A stretch of 8,285 bases of DNA, from positions 1 to 8,285 of the IMG/VR virus record IMGVR_UViG_3300028805_001078; one strand, given 5' to 3'. The DNA comes from a virus. Below are positions 5,365 through 8,285 of this stretch, in pieces. Every line of letters begins with the position of its first letter. Within the stretch, counting starts at the first letter, position 1. The position numbers and the translations under genes were made by a program. Below the pieces are notes generated by a model. That model saw nothing but the letters and a program-made list of their open reading frames with translations, did no database searches and was not told the origin of the DNA.

Positions 5365-7590
5365 TCAATAACGGGCTTCATTCTCCGTTACTGATACGCG
5401 ATTCTGGGTGTCTGTGATGTCCGTTTCCGTCACGTAGACTTTCGTATCCTTGATGGCACCCTCGATAGAAGCACCTTGTACATCCTGAGTATACTGAACA
5501 GGTGCAATGACGTTGCTGATAGCGCCCGTAGAAGGACTCGCAGCGCCTCCAGTAGGACCCTTGCCTTCGAACTTGGTGTTCTTAATCTTAACGATGTTGG
5601 CAATACCAGTAGCAAGCATCATCGCAGATAACACAGCACCCAAGATAGGACCAGCAATAGGACCTAACTGCATTGAACTAGCCCAAGCGCTTACAATACC
5701 AGAAAGCATGTTCATGGTAGCACCAGCAATCTGCATCTTCTTCTGGCTTTCGAATCCTTCCTCATTGGAAGTATCCATCTCAGCCGCAAGTCCGTTAAGC
5801 ATGTTACCGATAGCCGCGAACGCAGTTGCTGCAACCTGTGCGTATGCAGTGAATGCCTCAGTACCGCCTTTCTTCATCTGTTCGTGAAGTGTATCCCAGT
5901 TGGCTGCAATCAATGCAACGTTCTGGAGTACCTTACCCCACGCAGGGTTGTCAGAGAAGTCATTCAGGGCCATTGCTGAGGCGTTGATAGCATCAGAAAT
6001 CTGTTTGGTAAGACTATCACCCTTCTCCTCAGGAGGCGCTACAAGACTGGCGCGCGCTTCGTTTATCTTGTTTGTGAGGTCCAGAACCTCTTCATCGGTA
6101 AGGTCCTTCTCAGTATCCAGCATGAACTGAATCTGGTCAATGTAATCCTGCACGAAGGTGCTGTGAAGTTCCTTCTTGCGGTTGTTGAACTCTTCCTCAG
6201 AAATGAGTTTCTCGTCGTACTGCTGCTGTAACTTGGCCTGTTGCAACTGGTAGTTGATATCCATCGACTCCAGTTCAACGCCGCGAACGCGCTTAGCCTC
6301 AGCAATCTCAGCCTCCTCACGCAGTTTGGCATAGTGCTTGGTGAGTTTCAGACGGTCAGCCTCGTACTGTTCAGCCGTGATAAGTCCCTTCTCCTTGGCC
6401 TTTGCGATAGTCTCCAGCGCAGCGTTTTCGTTCTTGGTAAACTCTGCCAGTTGCTTCTCGTAAGAACTCAGGTCGAACAGGGACATCTCCTCTGCCAACT
6501 TGGTGTAGGTCTTTTTCAGGTCTTCAATGGCCTTTTTCTCGTCCTCGATACGTTTCTTGCGCGCAGCCTCAGCAGCCTTACGGGCTTCTTCAGCCTTTCT
6601 CTCCTCTTCCTCTTTCTTTGCCTTGAGTTCACGCGCTTCCTGCAAAGCCTCCTCAACCTTCAACTGTTCTTCTGCTGTCTTCAAAGCACCGTTGCGCAGG
6701 TTTGCAATCTCTTGCAGGTAGGTCTGTTCCTTCTGGTAGTGTGACTCTGCATCTGCTTTAAGTCCGTTGATGACACTCTGCGCCTTGCCATGTTCTTCAG
6801 CCGCGCGAACCTGGCCCCAGGCCATAGCGTACTGACGACGTTCCGCTTCGATAAGAAGTTCCTTCTGAGAAATCTCCTTCTGGATGCGCTTAACACGTTC
6901 CTGCGCGATTGTGAGGTCATCCTGGCCACCAGCCTTGCGGATCTGTTCTTCGAGAGACAGACGCTTGTCCAGTTCGGTGTTCATCTTCTTCAGATGTTCC
7001 TCCATCTGAAGTTTCTTCTGTTTCTCCAACTCATCATTGGTGCCAGTAATCCATGTCTTCAACTTGTCGAAGTTGGCAGCAAGCAAACCTACCGCAACAA
7101 CAGCGGCGCCGATACCAGTAGATACCAGTGCAGCCTTGAAGCCGTGCAGACCAGCCGTACCAGCCTTAATAGCCAAGCCAAGACGCTTGAACGCCTTAAC
7201 TCCGTTATCAATGCTAGGAAGGGCCTGAGTAATGGCCATGAGGTTCTGCATCTTCTGCAAGGACTTCATCACCTCCTCGTTCTCCACACCGAACAGACTA
7301 AGCGTAGCCTTTGCAGCCTGGAAGCCAGCCACCATACCGCCAGTAGCCTTAACGACGTTGCCAGTAATCTGTCCGAAGTCCATCGCTGAGGCGTTAAGTT
7401 CCTCAGTCTGTTCCTTCAAGGTATGCTGAATATCCGCAGCCTCTTGCAAGGCAGCGTTGTATGACTCTGTACCCTGTTCGCAGGATAGCATGGTGTCCTT
7501 CAACTCCTTTAAGCGGGCACGCAACTCCTTGACGGAGGTCTGCGCTTCGCCTGTATCAACTTTTATTACTTTTACTTTATCAATAGCCAT
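5365..7590 (-). CDS. tape-measure-like protein (741 aa); an internal/ejection protein is the alternative
   Basis: The N-terminus (MAIDKVKVIKVDTGEAQTSVKELRARLKELKD...) and ...ATLSLFGVENEEVMKSLQKMQNL... are typical of TMP N-terminal regions. There is a Gly/Ala-rich hydrophobic segment at aa ~151-173 (7072-7140). A roughly 330-aa K/E/A/Q-rich coiled coil includes KAKKEEEERKAEEARKAAEAARKKRIEDEKK. A second long hydrophobic Gly/Ala/Met segment spans aa ~620-667 (5590-5733). No enzymatic domain recognised. Confidence 0.55.
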   Translation of the reverse strand: MAIDKVKVIKVDTGEAQTSVKELRARLKELKDTMLSCEQGTESYNAALQEAADIQHTLKEQTEELNASAMDFGQITGNVVKATGGMVAGFQAAKATLSLFGVENEEVMKSLQKMQNLMAITQALPSIDNGVKAFKRLGLAIKAGTAGLHGFKAALVSTGIGAAVVAVGLLAANFDKLKTWITGTNDELEKQKKLQMEEHLKKMNTELDKRLSLEEQIRKAGGQDDLTIAQERVKRIQKEISQKELLIEAERRQYAMAWGQVRAAEEHGKAQSVINGLKADAESHYQKEQTYLQEIANLRNGALKTAEEQLKVEEALQEARELKAKKEEEERKAEEARKAAEAARKKRIEDEKKAIEDLKKTYTKLAEEMSLFDLSSYEKQLAEFTKNENAALETIAKAKEKGLITAEQYEADRLKLTKHYAKLREEAEIAEAKRVRGVELESMDINYQLQQAKLQQQYDEKLISEEEFNNRKKELHSTFVQDYIDQIQFMLDTEKDLTDEEVLDLTNKINEARASLVAPPEEKGDSLTKQISDAINASAMALNDFSDNPAWGKVLQNVALIAANWDTLHEQMKKGGTEAFTAYAQVAATAFAAIGNMLNGLAAEMDTSNEEGFESQKKMQIAGATMNMLSGIVSAWASSMQLGPIAGPILGAVLSAMMLATGIANIVKIKNTKFEGKGPTGGAASPSTGAISNVIAPVQYTQDVQGASIEGAIKDTKVYVTETDITDTQNRVSVTENEARY

Positions 7591-7611
7591 TGTTTCTTAT
7601 GGTTTCAATCC

Positions 7612-7637
7612 GAGGGACAACGGAGTTGCTGTCCCTC
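7612..7637 (-). promoter_or_regulatory. intercistronic stem-loop (attenuating terminator or RNA-stability/processing element) between the Ig-like gene and the TMP-like gene
   Basis: GAGGGACA (7612-7619) pairs perfectly with TGTCCCTC (7630-7637), leaving a 10-nt loop. It lies in the 69-nt gap 7591-7659. No U-tract follows on the minus strand (GGATTGAAACC), so the terminator call is weak. Confidence 0.4.
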
Positions 7638-7659
7638 AGTTAGATAATAGCGTTTCTTG

Positions 7660-8271
7660 TTAGTAGATGTAAACGTGCAGTTGCAGTTTTCCTCCAAGGT
7701 TGTTCTTTAGGTTGAAGTACTGCTGGCCTGTCGGTGATGAAGACGGTACTGAGATTCTCAGAGTCTGCGTTCCTGTACCACCGCTTGATGGAGACAGGGT
7801 TGCCGTACATCCGTCATCGCTGGTCGTGTCAACTAACTCCCAGGTAGAACCGTCGTTCTTAATCTGACAGGTCGTTGACTGGCCTCGGTTGATATTGTTC
7901 TGCCATGTGTAATTGTCCCACTTGATGAACGTCAGGGTTCCTTCGCCAGGTGCAGGGCCGCTTGCTTTCGTTGCATTGACACGGAACATGATTGCATCGT
8001 TGTTCTGGTTCTTCACATAGTAGTCAGTTACACCTGTGGCAGACTCCCAGTCAACAGAGATGCTAACACTCTGGCTGCTTGATGTGCTTGCCGTCGGACT
8101 GACATTGACTATAAGCCCGTCAACTCGTTTGTCAATAGCACCTACAACCCATCGGCTGCTGCTTGTGATAGTCACAGTATCGCTGGAACCTTGTTCAACC
8201 GCGTGGTACCAGTTGTCCACTCTGATGGTTGAGGTACCTCCGACAGATACGTTCACCGTTCTGCTTGCCAT
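7660..8271 (-). CDS. tandem Ig-like/BACON-like beta-sandwich protein (203 aa), probable surface-exposed accessory virion protein
   Basis: No signal peptide. Ser/Thr/Asn/Gly-rich beta composition. Two units resemble the BACON pattern 'tvt.tsn..W.v.....w..vsp.sG.g...l.isv......'. Unit 1: DTVTITSSSRWVVGAIDKRVDGLIVNVSPTASTSSSQSVSISV. Unit 2: TTCQIKNDGSTWELVDTTSDDGCTATLSPSSGGTGTQTLRISVPSS...KLQLHVYIY. The family assignment is from memory. Confidence 0.45.
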   Translation of the reverse strand: MASRTVNVSVGGTSTIRVDNWYHAVEQGSSDTVTITSSSRWVVGAIDKRVDGLIVNVSPTASTSSSQSVSISVDWESATGVTDYYVKNQNNDAIMFRVNATKASGPAPGEGTLTFIKWDNYTWQNNINRGQSTTCQIKNDGSTWELVDTTSDDGCTATLSPSSGGTGTQTLRISVPSSSPTGQQYFNLKNNLGGKLQLHVYIY

Positions 8272-8285
8272 AGTCTGTCCGTTTT

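Noticed and set aside
5507-7389. A series of plus-strand ORFs (5507-5887, 5900-6130, 6241-6744, 6527-6721, 6790-7389, 7037-7228 and others) opposite the 741-aa gene.
   Set aside because: 6241-6744 and 6790-7389 are in the same codon-aligned antisense register as above. The rest mirror the Ala/Glu/Lys-rich coiled-coil coding sequence and translate to Leu/Ser/Phe-rich low-complexity strings. None has an independent initiation signal, and all are fully nested in a well-supported gene.
1-8285. Search by eye for CRISPR repeats, tRNA cloverleaves, att-like or inverted terminal repeats, DGR template/variable repeat pairs, and slippery heptamers with downstream extension frames (tube or TMP-chaperone type frameshifts).
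   Set aside because: No regularly spaced direct repeats and no tRNA-like structure were seen, and no reverse transcriptase or long near-duplicate segment was noticed. The frame downstream of the 176-aa gene is closed by a TAA at 2669-2667, so a C-terminal frameshift extension is not available. A manual scan cannot exclude diverged long-range repeats; a dot-plot would be decisive.

Overview
The window is one uninterrupted, minus-strand late (virion morphogenesis) operon of a tailed dsDNA phage or prophage (Caudoviricetes). All 11 supportable genes run right to left. In transcription order they are: a tandem Ig/BACON-like beta-sandwich protein (8271-7660); a 741-aa tape-measure-like coiled-coil protein (7590-5365); an XkdF-type putative prohead protease (5321-4731); an acidic scaffold-like protein (4726-4211); an HK97-fold-like major capsid protein (4188-3307) followed by a GC-rich hairpin; a 176-aa abundant-looking, tail-tube-like protein (3223-2693) followed by a classic hairpin+T5 terminator; a small beta-rich protein (2594-2268) overlapping the start of a PBSX/Phage_portal-type portal (2275-1199); two small neck/adaptor candidates (1196-684, 671-192); and the first 57 codons of a fibre-like protein (172-2, absent from the supplied ORF track) that runs off the left edge. 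I found no tRNA, CRISPR array, integrase, transposase, defence or toxin gene, and no convincing promoter. Plus-strand ORFs are explained as codon-register artefacts. Most starts share an SD-less ...ACAATGGC... context. Together with the BACON-like repeats this tentatively suggests a Bacteroidota host (inference only). I see no separate non-structural 'system' hidden in this window. The most unusual feature is the scrambled module order, with the tape-measure-like gene 5' of the head genes and the portal 3' of the capsid and tube-like genes. Other points of note are two single abundant-protein genes delimited by hairpins, an ambiguous TMP/ejection protein, and two perfect SD sites confined to the neck genes. 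All functional calls rest on remembered family motifs and synteny, because no searches could be run.
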